From NCBI GenBank assembly GCA_965249575.1, contig OZ252244.1:2176001-2240000 (forward strand): DNA of 64,000 nt. The letters are read 5' to 3'. Within the stretch, counting starts at the first letter, position 1; every line of letters begins with the position of its first letter. Both the position numbers and the translations under genes were made by a program. The DNA comes from Gemmatimonadales bacterium. GTDB lineage: Bacteria; Gemmatimonadota; Gemmatimonadetes; Gemmatimonadales; GWC2-71-9. This document shows, in pieces, positions 29,728 to 38,848 of the stretch. The notes under the pieces were generated by a model that was not told the origin of the DNA, did not search any database, and saw nothing but the letters and a program-made list of their open reading frames with translations.

Positions 29728-31077
29728 TCACCCGCCGAACAGTGCCGCGATAGACGCCCAAGTCGGTCCGGCCGAGAACATGATGACGACGAGAAGGACC
29801 GCGGGCGCCAGGTAACGGACGAGGAGTGCCCACCCCTTGCGCGCCGTTGCGTTCGGAAGCCCCTGGGCCAGTTCGGCGTCCGCGCGCGGCAGGAGTTTGT
29901 ATCCCACGAGCAAGGCGGTGCAGAAACCGCCGACGATGAGCAGGAAGTTTCCAACGAGTGAATCGACTGCTCCGAGGAAATCGGTGTTGTAGGCCGAGGG
30001 TATTCCCGCCACGGCGATCACACCTCCCATAATCATCGCGGCACGTTTCCGTGTCAGCCAACCCGCATCGACGACGGCCGCGACGGCGACCTCCAAGAGC
30101 GAGATTGCCGAAGTGATCGCGGCAAAGAAGAGCATGATGAAGAACAGGACACCGACGAGGTTGCCGGCGCCGCCCATGATCTGGAATCCCGCCGGCAGCG
30201 CGATGAAGAGGGCGCCCACCGTGCTCTCGCTGACCTGATCCGTCAGTCCGAAGTGGGCAATGATCGGGAATACGACGAGGCCGGCAGTAAAGGCGACCCC
30301 GAAATCCGCTAGCGCTATCGTCGCGGCTTCCTGCCCCAGGTTCTCATGGGAACGGAGGTATGAGGCGTACGTCATCAGCGCGCCCATACCGAGGCTCAGT
30401 GAAAAGAAAGCCTGTCCAGCCGCGGCGACGAGGATTTTTGGAGTGAACAGTTCCGAGAGGTCCGGCCGCAAGTAATACGCGTACCCGGCCCCGCCCTGGT
30501 CGAGCGTAGCCGACCAGATGGCCAGACCGATGAGGAGGAGAAGGAGGAGTGGCATGAGCACGAGGTTGGCACGCTCCAGCCCGCCTTTTACGCCGCCCGC
30601 TACTATGATGATTGTCAGCACCATGAAGCCCAGGTGCCACATGAGCGCGTCGGTCCCAGCAGCGATTTCACCGAAGTAGGCCGCTGGGTCCTGCGGCATA
30701 CCGGCCCGAACGACGTCGAACGCGTAGCGCATAGTCCAACCCGCGATGACGCCATAATACGAGAGGATCCCGACGCCGCAGAACACGAACAAAAGGCCCA
30801 GCGGCGTCCAGGCGGCGCCGCCCAGGCGTCTGACCGCTTCGGCGGGTGACTGCTGAGCCATCCGACCGACGATGAGTTCGGAGGTCATGAGCGGAATGCC
30901 AACGAGCGCGACGATAATGAGGTAAAGTAGGACGAACGCTGCACCGCCCCCCTCCGACGCGACATATGAGAAACGCCACATGTTCCCCAAGCCAACGGCG
31001 GAGCCTATTGCCGCCAGGATGAAACCCGCCCTTGTGGCCCACGCGTCGCGTTGGGGTGAACCGGCAGAGTCCGTCAT
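29728..31077 (-). CDS. Sodium-dependent transporter, NSS (SNF) family
   Basis: GSAVGLGNMWRF, GQAFFSLSLGMG; about 11 transmembrane segments. Confidence 0.95.
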   Translation of the reverse strand: MTDSAGSPQRDAWATRAGFILAAIGSAVGLGNMWRFSYVASEGGGAAFVLLYLIIVALVGIPLMTSELIVGRMAQQSPAEAVRRLGGAAWTPLGLLFVFCGVGILSYYGVIAGWTMRYAFDVVRAGMPQDPAAYFGEIAAGTDALMWHLGFMVLTIIIVAGGVKGGLERANLVLMPLLLLLLIGLAIWSATLDQGGAGYAYYLRPDLSELFTPKILVAAAGQAFFSLSLGMGALMTYASYLRSHENLGQEAATIALADFGVAFTAGLVVFPIIAHFGLTDQVSESTVGALFIALPAGFQIMGGAGNLVGVLFFIMLFFAAITSAISLLEVAVAAVVDAGWLTRKRAAMIMGGVIAVAGIPSAYNTDFLGAVDSLVGNFLLIVGGFCTALLVGYKLLPRADAELAQGLPNATARKGWALLVRYLAPAVLLVVIMFSAGPTWASIAALFGG

Positions 31078-31763
31078 TGATCAGTCTCCTTGAAGGGGGT
31101 CCGAAGCCGACCGACGTCGCGGCTCGCTCGCGGAGCCGGCGATTCGGCCTGCGCGTCCGGAATCGATCTGCCCATGGTCTGCCATGCAACGTCTACCAGG
31201 GACTGGGTCCCACTGTGCTCGGCCGCCCACTCACGGCTGGCTACCCGTTCGAGCATGAGCGCTATGAGGTGAAGCCAAACGTCTGCCCAGAGTTCAGCAG
31301 GGCCCGGCCGAACCTGCCCCGCAGCCTTGCCAGAGGCGATTATCCGCTTTACCTCGCCGCGCAGCTCTTGCCGGATCTCAGAGCTCTTCGTATCCAACAG
31401 CGCCCGAACGCGTGCGACGAACACCAGGCGTACCAGTGCCGGGTTCTGCTCCGCTATGTCGCGCCACGCGAGGGCGATTTGTCGGAGCCGTTCGCGGCAT
31501 GGTGAGTGCGCAGGCGTGTCCCGCATGATGTTCAAGAATACCCGCACCGACCCGCGGTACACCTCGTTCAGTAGGTGCTGTTTGCTGGAGAAATGCCTGT
31601 AGATCGTCCCCTCGGCCACGCCGGCTCGGGCCGCGATTTGCGGTGTGGTACTGGCGTGGTAGCCAAGAGTCGTGAAAAGCTCGAGCGCCGCCATCGCGAG
31701 GCGATCCCGCGTTTTCCTGGGGTCGGTTTGGCGCCCCGCGGCCTTGGGCTCGACGTGAGTCAT
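31074..31763 (-). CDS. TetR/AcrR family transcriptional regulator
   Basis: ALELFTTLGYHASTTPQIAARAGVAEGTIYRHFSSK helix-turn-helix. Confidence 0.93.
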   Translation of the reverse strand: MTHVEPKAAGRQTDPRKTRDRLAMAALELFTTLGYHASTTPQIAARAGVAEGTIYRHFSSKQHLLNEVYRGSVRVFLNIMRDTPAHSPCRERLRQIALAWRDIAEQNPALVRLVFVARVRALLDTKSSEIRQELRGEVKRIIASGKAAGQVRPGPAELWADVWLHLIALMLERVASREWAAEHSGTQSLVDVAWQTMGRSIPDAQAESPAPRASRDVGRLRTPFKETDQ

Positions 31764-31883
31764 CGCTCACAACACTATCAGTCGGTCAACGAGGTGCCAA
31801 GATGCCACCGTGACGGCCCGCTATCCGCTTACATTTCCTTCCGTGCTCATGAGACAACCGCCCCTCGATTCCCACGTGTCCGC

Positions 31884-33035
31884 GTGAGGGCGCTCGTCCT
31901 CGGCGCCGGGCTTCAGGGCTCGGCGTGCGCCTACGACTTGCTCACGCGAAGCGAGGCACGGGTCACCCTGGCGGACTTCGCGCCGGGGCCGCTGCCTCCC
32001 TTCTTGGAACCACTGCGCTCCGACCGGCTGGATGTCGTTCCGCTCGACGTACGGCAGGCATCGGCGGTGCGGGACGTCATGCGCGACCACGAGGTCGCGT
32101 TGAGTGCGGTTCCCTACTACTACAACTACGATCTGACGCGCTTGGCGGTCGACGCGGGGATTCACTTCGCTGACCTGGGAGGAAATACCGATACCGTGCG
32201 CCGCCAAGAGCAGCTTACGTCCGCGGCCGCGGCGGAGGGGATCAGCGTTATTCCCGATTGTGGTGTCGCGCCAGGAATGATCAACATCCTCGCTGTCGAG
32301 GCGATGAGCCGCCTCAGCGAGGTCGACGCTGTGCGGCTCTATGCCGGCGGGCTACCCCGCCACCCTCGCCCGCCGCTGAACTACGCGGTTGTGTATTCGT
32401 TGCACGGCGTCTTGGATTACTATACCACTCCGTCGTGGGTGCTCGAGGGTGGCCGGGCGATTCGCATTCCGGCCCTCTCGGGAATCGAACGCGTGGAGCT
32501 AAGAAAGCCCCTGGGCAGCTTAGAGGCGTTTCACACCGCCGGCGGTCTCTCGACCATGCCGTGGAAGCTCGAGGGAAGAGTCGAGTCGCTGGAATACAAG
32601 ACCCTGCGCTACCCCGGGCATGCGGCGATCATGCGGGCGATTCGCGACCTTGGACTGCTCGACGAGGAGGCGATCGAAGTGGAGGGGCAGTCGGTGCGGC
32701 CGCGAGACGTCTTTATCGCCGCTGCCGGACCCAAGCTACGAAGCGAAGATCCGGAAGACGTCGTGGCGGTCAAAGTCATCGCCGAAGGTGTCAGCTCTGG
32801 CGAAAGACGGCGCGTCGTGCTCTCGATGGTCGACGTGTTCGACACGGCAACCGGCATCAGCGCAATGATGCGAACCACCGGGTACTCGCTGTCCATCACT
32901 GGGCAGATGCAGGTATCCGGACAAGTCGGCCCGCCGGGCGTTCGGGCGGCGTACGAGGCCGTGCCCTACCGGCCGTACGTGGACGCGCTCCGCGCAAGGG
33001 GGATCTTGGTCGAAGAGGAACAGACGGGAGGCTGA
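31884..33035 (+). CDS. Saccharopine dehydrogenase / lysine 6-dehydrogenase family
   Basis: VLGAGLQG, DLGGN, CGVAPG, YKTLRYPGH, AMMRTTG. Confidence 0.9.
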   Translation: MRALVLGAGLQGSACAYDLLTRSEARVTLADFAPGPLPPFLEPLRSDRLDVVPLDVRQASAVRDVMRDHEVALSAVPYYYNYDLTRLAVDAGIHFADLGGNTDTVRRQEQLTSAAAAEGISVIPDCGVAPGMINILAVEAMSRLSEVDAVRLYAGGLPRHPRPPLNYAVVYSLHGVLDYYTTPSWVLEGGRAIRIPALSGIERVELRKPLGSLEAFHTAGGLSTMPWKLEGRVESLEYKTLRYPGHAAIMRAIRDLGLLDEEAIEVEGQSVRPRDVFIAAAGPKLRSEDPEDVVAVKVIAEGVSSGERRRVVLSMVDVFDTATGISAMMRTTGYSLSITGQMQVSGQVGPPGVRAAYEAVPYRPYVDALRARGILVEEEQTGG

Positions 33036-33063
33036 TGCGCCTGCCGCGAGCACTAGGGGGAGC

Positions 33064-34248
33064 TTACAGGGGCCAGCGGCTATTTACGTGAAACACCGTG
33101 CCGTCGGGCCCATAGCCTACGGTCGTCCCGAGCACGCCGGCGCGGGTCATTTGGACGAACAGGCCGATCCCGCCGCCCCACTCGAGACCGTCGGTCGTTA
33201 GCCGGAAGCTCTCTCCCTCGAAGACGCGTCCCGCGTCGAGAAACCCGAGCACGGTAACGCGGGCCGCTCGACGAATGTTGAGCAGATGGTATCGCAGGTC
33301 GACGTTCCCCAGGAGCTTGTGTCGGCCCAGAAACCGATTCTGGGCAAGCGCGCGATGCGAGTTCTTGCCACCGAGGCCGGTAAACGGTCGGTCAGACGTC
33401 TCGATGAGTTGCAGCGAGCCAACTCCAGGCGTGCCCCCCATCCTTTGCCCGACCACACGCCCGGCCAGGACGACTTGGTTCCCCGCCGGGACGTAGGCGG
33501 CGGCGCTCACGGTGGTTCGGGTGTAGGTCAAATCCCCCGCGAAGTCCGCGTCGGCAACGGCGTGAATCACTTGCAGAAACACCCCGCGGTTCGTCGAGAC
33601 TTCGTCGTCGCGGGTGTCGAACACGACTCCGAACCGTCCAGCCACGTCGTTCGTGTTTGCCCCGATGGTGGGATCGATACCACTCGTCAAATCCGAGGCC
33701 AACACGCTCGGCCCCGAGCGGGGCTCGAGCCTCCACCGCTCGGCGTGTATTCCCGCCAAGATTCGCAAACCTCCGACGATACGACGCTGGACTTCGCCCC
33801 TGGCGAGCAGACGCACGTCGTTCATCCGGTAGAAATCGGGCTGTGCCGAGGTGACGTTCGCGTCGTCGAAGGTGGTGGCGCTCCCGATGCCGAAGTAATT
33901 CTCCTTCGCCTGCCGGTCCGCCCGAAGGGTGAGGACCCCCCTCCAGCCATCGAAGAACTGCGGAAAGCGGCTGTCGAGTGTGAGAGATCTACTGCCTCCC
34001 GTCGATATCTGTCCGTCGATCGCGATGGCCGCGGCGTACGGCGGCGCGAGATCCCAGTCTTCGAACGAGAGTTGCTTGATGAAGCCGAGATACGCGCCGA
34101 TCGTGAAGCCGTCCCGGGGGCTCCAGAAGAGCTTGGGATAGTTGATGTCAATCCAAGGCGATCCCGGCGGCAGAATGCGGGGCAGCTGGGCATTGGCGGC
34201 TGTGGGCGCGGCGGCGAGCAATGCGACAAGGACAATCGGTGACCGCAA
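33064..34248 (-). CDS. Outer-membrane protein, Omp85/BamA-like beta-barrel domain
   Basis: Signal peptide, FDTRD, RFLGRH, FLDAGRV, GGGIGL. Confidence 0.8.
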   Translation of the reverse strand: MRSPIVLVALLAAAPTAANAQLPRILPPGSPWIDINYPKLFWSPRDGFTIGAYLGFIKQLSFEDWDLAPPYAAAIAIDGQISTGGSRSLTLDSRFPQFFDGWRGVLTLRADRQAKENYFGIGSATTFDDANVTSAQPDFYRMNDVRLLARGEVQRRIVGGLRILAGIHAERWRLEPRSGPSVLASDLTSGIDPTIGANTNDVAGRFGVVFDTRDDEVSTNRGVFLQVIHAVADADFAGDLTYTRTTVSAAAYVPAGNQVVLAGRVVGQRMGGTPGVGSLQLIETSDRPFTGLGGKNSHRALAQNRFLGRHKLLGNVDLRYHLLNIRRAARVTVLGFLDAGRVFEGESFRLTTDGLEWGGGIGLFVQMTRAGVLGTTVGYGPDGTVFHVNSRWPL

Positions 34249-34251
34249 GGC

Positions 34252-35326
34252 CTATGGCTCCTCGTACAGATGCGCGCAGTCGTAGTGCGACGCGCTCTGC
34301 CCGTCCCAGGCAGCGTAGCGGCGGGGGTAGATCGAGCCCGCGCCGAAATCGCCGTTCTTGCTGACGGCGTAGAAGTTGAGGCTGAAGTGAGGGCGCCCGC
34401 GCTCGTTGAGGAGTCTGGGCTCGGTCTTGGAGACCACCCGCCGGAGCGTCTCCAGGGCCGCATCGGCGGGCTTCAGGCCGCGTCGCATGTTCTCGACCGT
34501 GAGAAACGCCCCACAGACCAAGATGTTCGCCTCACCCCGTCCCGTCGAGCCGGCCGCGCCGACGTCGTTGTCGGTATATTGCCCGGCCCCGATGATCGGG
34601 GAGTCGCCCGCCCGGCCTGGAATCTTCCAGGCCAATCCGCTGGTCGTCGTGACCGACGAGATATCACCCGTCGGGCTTACTACGTTGAGGTTGATCGCGC
34701 CCGTGGGCCGTGCCACCATCGATTCGTCTTCGGGGACGTCCAGCCAATCGTCCTCGCGGCCGCGATTGGCTCGCCAGCTGAGCCAACGCTCCCGGGATTG
34801 GTCCGTCATCAGGTCTTCTTCCTCGAACCCATACGATAGCGCGAAGCGCTTCGCGCCTTCACCGACCAACATGATGTGGTCGGTGTACAAGAGGACGTAC
34901 TTCGCCACGACGCTGGGTGTCTTGATCCCCTCCAGGGCGGCGACTGCCCCTGCTCGACGCTTCGGGCCGTGCATGCACGAAGCGTCGAGCTGGACCACGC
35001 CGCGTTCGTTCGGCAGCCCCCCGTAGCCAACCGAGGAGTCCTCGGGATCCAGTTCCTGGACCTTGACGCCCTCGACCGCCGCGTCCAGCGTGTCGGTGCC
35101 CGTGGCTATCAGCATGCCGGCGCGCTCGACCGCTTTGAGGCCGTTCTCGGATGCAATTGCCACGGGGCTCGCCGGCGGTCGGACGTGCACCGCCGGAGCC
35201 GCCATGCCGCTGGATACGTGTCCGCCAAGGGCCGCCCCCGCGGCCAAGCCGGAGGCCGTGCCGACGAATTCGCGGCGCGAAAGGTGATCCGGCACAGTGA
35301 GCCTCTCCGCGTGAGTTGATGCTGTG
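34252..35326 (-). CDS. Tat-exported glycosylasparaginase (Ntn hydrolase, asparaginase_2 family); start uncertain
   Basis: SRREFVG Tat motif, SVGYGGLPN, LDASCM, TTTSGLAWKIPGRAGDSPIIGAG, STGRGE. Confidence 0.88.
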
Positions 35327-35466
35327 ACTGGTTCCCCGGGCAGAGCCGAATTAAACCGATGTCGACACGGCATTGTCAACTTGATTCGCCGAATCGGCGG
35401 GCCTACGTTGCGGATTGTGTGGATTACCGCGTTCCAGACGGCGCGGCCCGTCGCGCCCGCCCTCCC

Positions 35467-36195
35467 GTGAGCCTCGCTGAGCCGCTGGTTTCGCTCGTCT
35501 TACCCGTATACAACGAGCGGGAGAGCCTGGCACCGGTCCTCGACGAGCTTGCCGGCGCCCTCGACGGATGTGACTACGAGGTCATTGCGGTCGACGACGC
35601 CTCAACCGACGGGTCGCTCGAAGAGTTGCGCCGCCTGCGCGACGCCACGCCTACGCTCCGAGTGCTCACCCTCACACCTCACGCTGGACAGAGTGCCGCG
35701 TTCGTCGCGGGGTTCGACGCTGCCCGCGGCCAGGTGGTGGTTACGATGGATGCCGACGGCCAGTACGACCCTCGGGATGCACTCCGCTTAATGGCCGCCC
35801 TGATCGCCGCCGATGGGTGCGACGCGATCGTTGGCTATCGCGAACGCCGCGCTGATAATCGTTGGAAGCGACTGCAGAGCGCGATCGCGAACAGGTGCCG
35901 TGACCGAATCACTGGAGACCGGGTTCGGGATACGGGTTGTTCGCTCAGGGCAATCCGGCGGGACGTGTTGCAGCGACTCCCGCGCTTCCGAGGGATGCAC
36001 CGGTTTCTGCCAACCCTCATCCGGCACGCAGGCGGGCGCGTCGAGGAGCTTGCGGTGTCCCACCGAGTGAGGGCGCACGGCCGCAGCCATTATGGCATGG
36101 TCAACCGGTTCACGGCCCCCCTGCGGGACGCGCTTGGGGTACGCTGGCTCCGACAGCGGGCGCTGCGGTACACATGCCACGAGGCTAGCTCCTGA
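35467..36195 (+). CDS. Glycosyltransferase family 2 (polyprenol-phosphate glycosyltransferase-like)
   Basis: VLPVYNE, VDDASTDGS, MDADGQYDP, DTGC, HRFLP. Confidence 0.9.
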   Translation: MSLAEPLVSLVLPVYNERESLAPVLDELAGALDGCDYEVIAVDDASTDGSLEELRRLRDATPTLRVLTLTPHAGQSAAFVAGFDAARGQVVVTMDADGQYDPRDALRLMAALIAADGCDAIVGYRERRADNRWKRLQSAIANRCRDRITGDRVRDTGCSLRAIRRDVLQRLPRFRGMHRFLPTLIRHAGGRVEELAVSHRVRAHGRSHYGMVNRFTAPLRDALGVRWLRQRALRYTCHEASS

Positions 36196-36196
36196 G

Positions 36197-37255
36197 ATGG
36201 GGCGACGTCAGCGTCTCGATCCCTCGATCTTCAACTTGCCCGTCGAGCGGATGCGGGACGGCTACTACTCCGACAAGTATTTCGTGCGGGCGAGGGAGGT
36301 GCTCCTGGCCGATCGACACCGGCCTCGTGTCATGGTGCAGGTGTTCGGTAAGACCAGCGCTTTTCTTGGCGGTATCGATGAGGCGATCGCCATCCTGAAG
36401 CTGTGTTCCCTGTCGTGGAGCGATCTGACCGTGCACGCGCTCTACGACGGCGACGAGACGAAGCCCTGGGAAACGGTGCTGACGATCGAGGGCCCCTACG
36501 ACGCCTTCGCCAACCTCGAGACCCTGTACCTGGGCGTGCTCGCTCGGCGAACGCGCGTCGGGACCAATACCCGCCAGGTAGTGGACGCGGCCAAGCCAAG
36601 GGATGTCATGTTCTTTCCCGCTCGGCACGACCACTGGCTGGTGCAGGCGGGCGATGGCTATGCGGCCCACGTTGCGGGGGCTATCGGCGTCTCCACTGAT
36701 GCCCAGGCGTCGTGGTGGGGCAGTGAGGGGGTCGGTACGGTCCCGCACGCGATGATTGCGGCGTACGGGGGCGACACCGCCCTCGCGGCACAGAAATTCG
36801 CCACGTATATGCCCGAACACGTCCGCCTCATCACACTGGTCGATTTCGACAACGACTCCGTGGGAACCTCGCTGGCAGTGGCCCGCGCACTCGGTGAGAG
36901 GCTCTATGGGGTTCGGCTCGACACATCGGAGACCCTTGTCGATCGATCGATCATCCCTCAGATGGGGCGCGTCAAGCCCACTGGAGTCAACCCGGAGCTG
37001 GTCCGCGGTGTGCGCCGGGCACTCGACGCGGAAGGATTCGGCCACGTCAAGATCGTGGTGTCGGGGGGGTTCACCGTGGAAAAAATCAGGGCTTTTGAGG
37101 AGGAGCGGGTACCCGTCGATATCTACGGGGTTGGCTCCTCGCTCTTCCGAGGCCGGTTCGACTTCACTGCTGACGTCGTCATGGTCGATGGCCGCCGATG
37201 TGCCAAAGTCGGTCGTGACCTCCAAACAAATCCCAGGCTGGAAGTCGTCACCTAA
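36197..37255 (+). CDS. pncB: Nicotinate phosphoribosyltransferase family protein
   Basis: YSDKYF, LETLYLG, GTVPHA, LVDFDND, GVRLDTS, VSGG, GVGS. Confidence 0.8.
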   Translation: MGRRQRLDPSIFNLPVERMRDGYYSDKYFVRAREVLLADRHRPRVMVQVFGKTSAFLGGIDEAIAILKLCSLSWSDLTVHALYDGDETKPWETVLTIEGPYDAFANLETLYLGVLARRTRVGTNTRQVVDAAKPRDVMFFPARHDHWLVQAGDGYAAHVAGAIGVSTDAQASWWGSEGVGTVPHAMIAAYGGDTALAAQKFATYMPEHVRLITLVDFDNDSVGTSLAVARALGERLYGVRLDTSETLVDRSIIPQMGRVKPTGVNPELVRGVRRALDAEGFGHVKIVVSGGFTVEKIRAFEEERVPVDIYGVGSSLFRGRFDFTADVVMVDGRRCAKVGRDLQTNPRLEVVT

Positions 37256-37574
37256 CTGTTGGCGGGGCTGAGCACTGTTGGGACAGCGCAACAAGGGCCC
37301 TGTTGTGGGTTGGCGACGGGGCGGAGCACCATTCGAAACTCCTTGTATTCAGTAACAATTCCCGGCTGGGCTGGGCTCCAACGGCCCACGCGAGGCCTGT
37401 CGAGGAGGGCACCCGTCTTGCATTGTGGGTCATCAGCGAGGGGAGGTCTAGTCATCCCCGTACAATGGGGTGGCTGGCCCCGTCTTGACAAGCGCCGAAC
37501 CACCGGCAGGTTCGACAGAGGGGAGCGCGAGGCCGCCTGGGGCGGTCTCGCTCCCAACATTCGTGGAGAGCGCC

Positions 37575-37742
37575 ATGACCGATTTACATTCGCCTGGGTC
37601 TCAGGGTGAGGACATCGGTGCCGAAAAGCACCCATGGATTACACCGAAGGTTACTGAGCTGCCCCGCCTGACCGATCTGACGCTGTTTACCGGCAATCCG
37701 ATCGACGGCGACGGGGGGACCGGCGGAACGACCGTATTCTAG
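37575..37742 (+). CDS. Putative RiPP precursor peptide (55 aa) with lasso-like leader
   Basis: GGAGAG Shine-Dalgarno then ATG; MTDLHSPGSQGEDIGAEKHPWITPKVTELPRLTDLTLFTGNPIDGDGGTGGTTVF. WxxPxV RRE-binding-like motif; directly upstream of radical SAM and PqqD genes. Confidence 0.8.
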   Translation: MTDLHSPGSQGEDIGAEKHPWITPKVTELPRLTDLTLFTGNPIDGDGGTGGTTVF

Positions 37743-37753
37743 ACCAGGTTGCC

Positions 37754-38551
37754 TTGATCCAAATCAGACGTCCCATGCTGCTCGGGTTCGCGGTCACCGA
37801 GCACTGCAATCTCCGTTGCTCGCACTGCATCCGCGACGACGTCACCACCGTTCGCTCGCTCGAGGTGGACCTCATCGAGTCGGTGGTGAGTCAGGGTGTA
37901 GCGCTCTACGGATCTGTGGTTGCCAGCCTCACTGGTGGGGAGCCGCTGCTCCATCCGGAGTTTCGCCGCATCGTGGAGATCTTCGCCGAGCGTTCGATTC
38001 CTTATCGCTTCGTGAGTAACGGGTGGCACCTCAAGCGCATCCTCCCGCTGCTCGAACGGTATCCGCCCCAGGCCGTGCGATTGAGCCTCTCCGGCGCGAC
38101 CGAGGAGGTGCACGACGCCGAGCGGGGTAAGGGGAGCTTCAGGCGCGTGCTGATGAGCGTTGCCCTGCTTGCCAGCCGGCAGATCCCGGCCTATCTCTCG
38201 ATCGTCATCGATCGGCGTGATAGGCATCAGCTGAGGGAGGCCGCAGATCTTGCAGAGTCTCTCGGATGCCTCGGTATCAATTTCATTCTGCCTCAGCCGA
38301 CGCCCGGCAGCGCGGCACGGGACAGTGACTTGCCGCCGCAGGATTGGTGGCCCGCCGCCCGGACGTCTCAACTCACCAACCGCATGGAGACCGACGCGCA
38401 GCCCGCGTGGTTGCCCGATGGCAGGGTAGTGTACACTTCGTGGGAGAACGGCCAGGCGAGATTGCGTTGGCTGGATCCGAGTCAACCCGACTTGGTGAAC
38501 GACATCGACGTTGGAGCGGGCACGCCCGGGCACCCGTTCGGGGCGTTGTAG
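37754..38551 (+). CDS. Radical SAM protein, C-terminally truncated and fused to a TolB/PD40-like fragment
   Basis: CNLRCSHC, LTGGEPLLH, VSNG, SLSG..HDAERGKGSF. After about 38360 the sequence switches to QLTN..DAQPAWLPDGRVVYTS; no SPASM cysteines. Confidence 0.85.
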   Translation: MIQIRRPMLLGFAVTEHCNLRCSHCIRDDVTTVRSLEVDLIESVVSQGVALYGSVVASLTGGEPLLHPEFRRIVEIFAERSIPYRFVSNGWHLKRILPLLERYPPQAVRLSLSGATEEVHDAERGKGSFRRVLMSVALLASRQIPAYLSIVIDRRDRHQLREAADLAESLGCLGINFILPQPTPGSAARDSDLPPQDWWPAARTSQLTNRMETDAQPAWLPDGRVVYTSWENGQARLRWLDPSQPDLVNDIDVGAGTPGHPFGAL

Positions 38552-38571
38552 GGACCCCAGCCAGGACTTGC

Positions 38572-38838
38572 GTGCGACACGACACCTACACGATCCCGGA
38601 CGATGTGATGGCAGCCGAGCTCGAGGGCGAGGCGGTGCTCCTGCATTTGAAAACCAAGCGGTACTACCGCTTGAACGCGACGGCCGCTGCCGTCTGGAAG
38701 GGAATTCAGGCAAACCTCGATCGCGCAGCTCTCTTGGAAGAACTGGCCAAACAGTTCGAGTTCGACCCGGCAACCGCGGAGAGTGATCTCGATCGCCTCC
38801 TGGGTGACCTCCTCGAGAAGGGACTGATCGCGACGTGA
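38572..38838 (+). CDS. PqqD-family RiPP recognition element (RRE, lasso B1-like)
   Basis: ELEGEAVLLHLKTKRYYRLNATAAAVW...DLDRLLGDLLEKGLI; 88 aa. Confidence 0.92.
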   Translation: MRHDTYTIPDDVMAAELEGEAVLLHLKTKRYYRLNATAAAVWKGIQANLDRAALLEELAKQFEFDPATAESDLDRLLGDLLEKGLIAT

Positions 38839-38848
38839 GCTGTCTTCG

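Noticed and set aside
37739..38773. 344-aa minus-strand ORF and many similar long antisense ORFs across the window
   Set aside because: They are high-GC shadow ORFs opposite genes with recognisable motifs.
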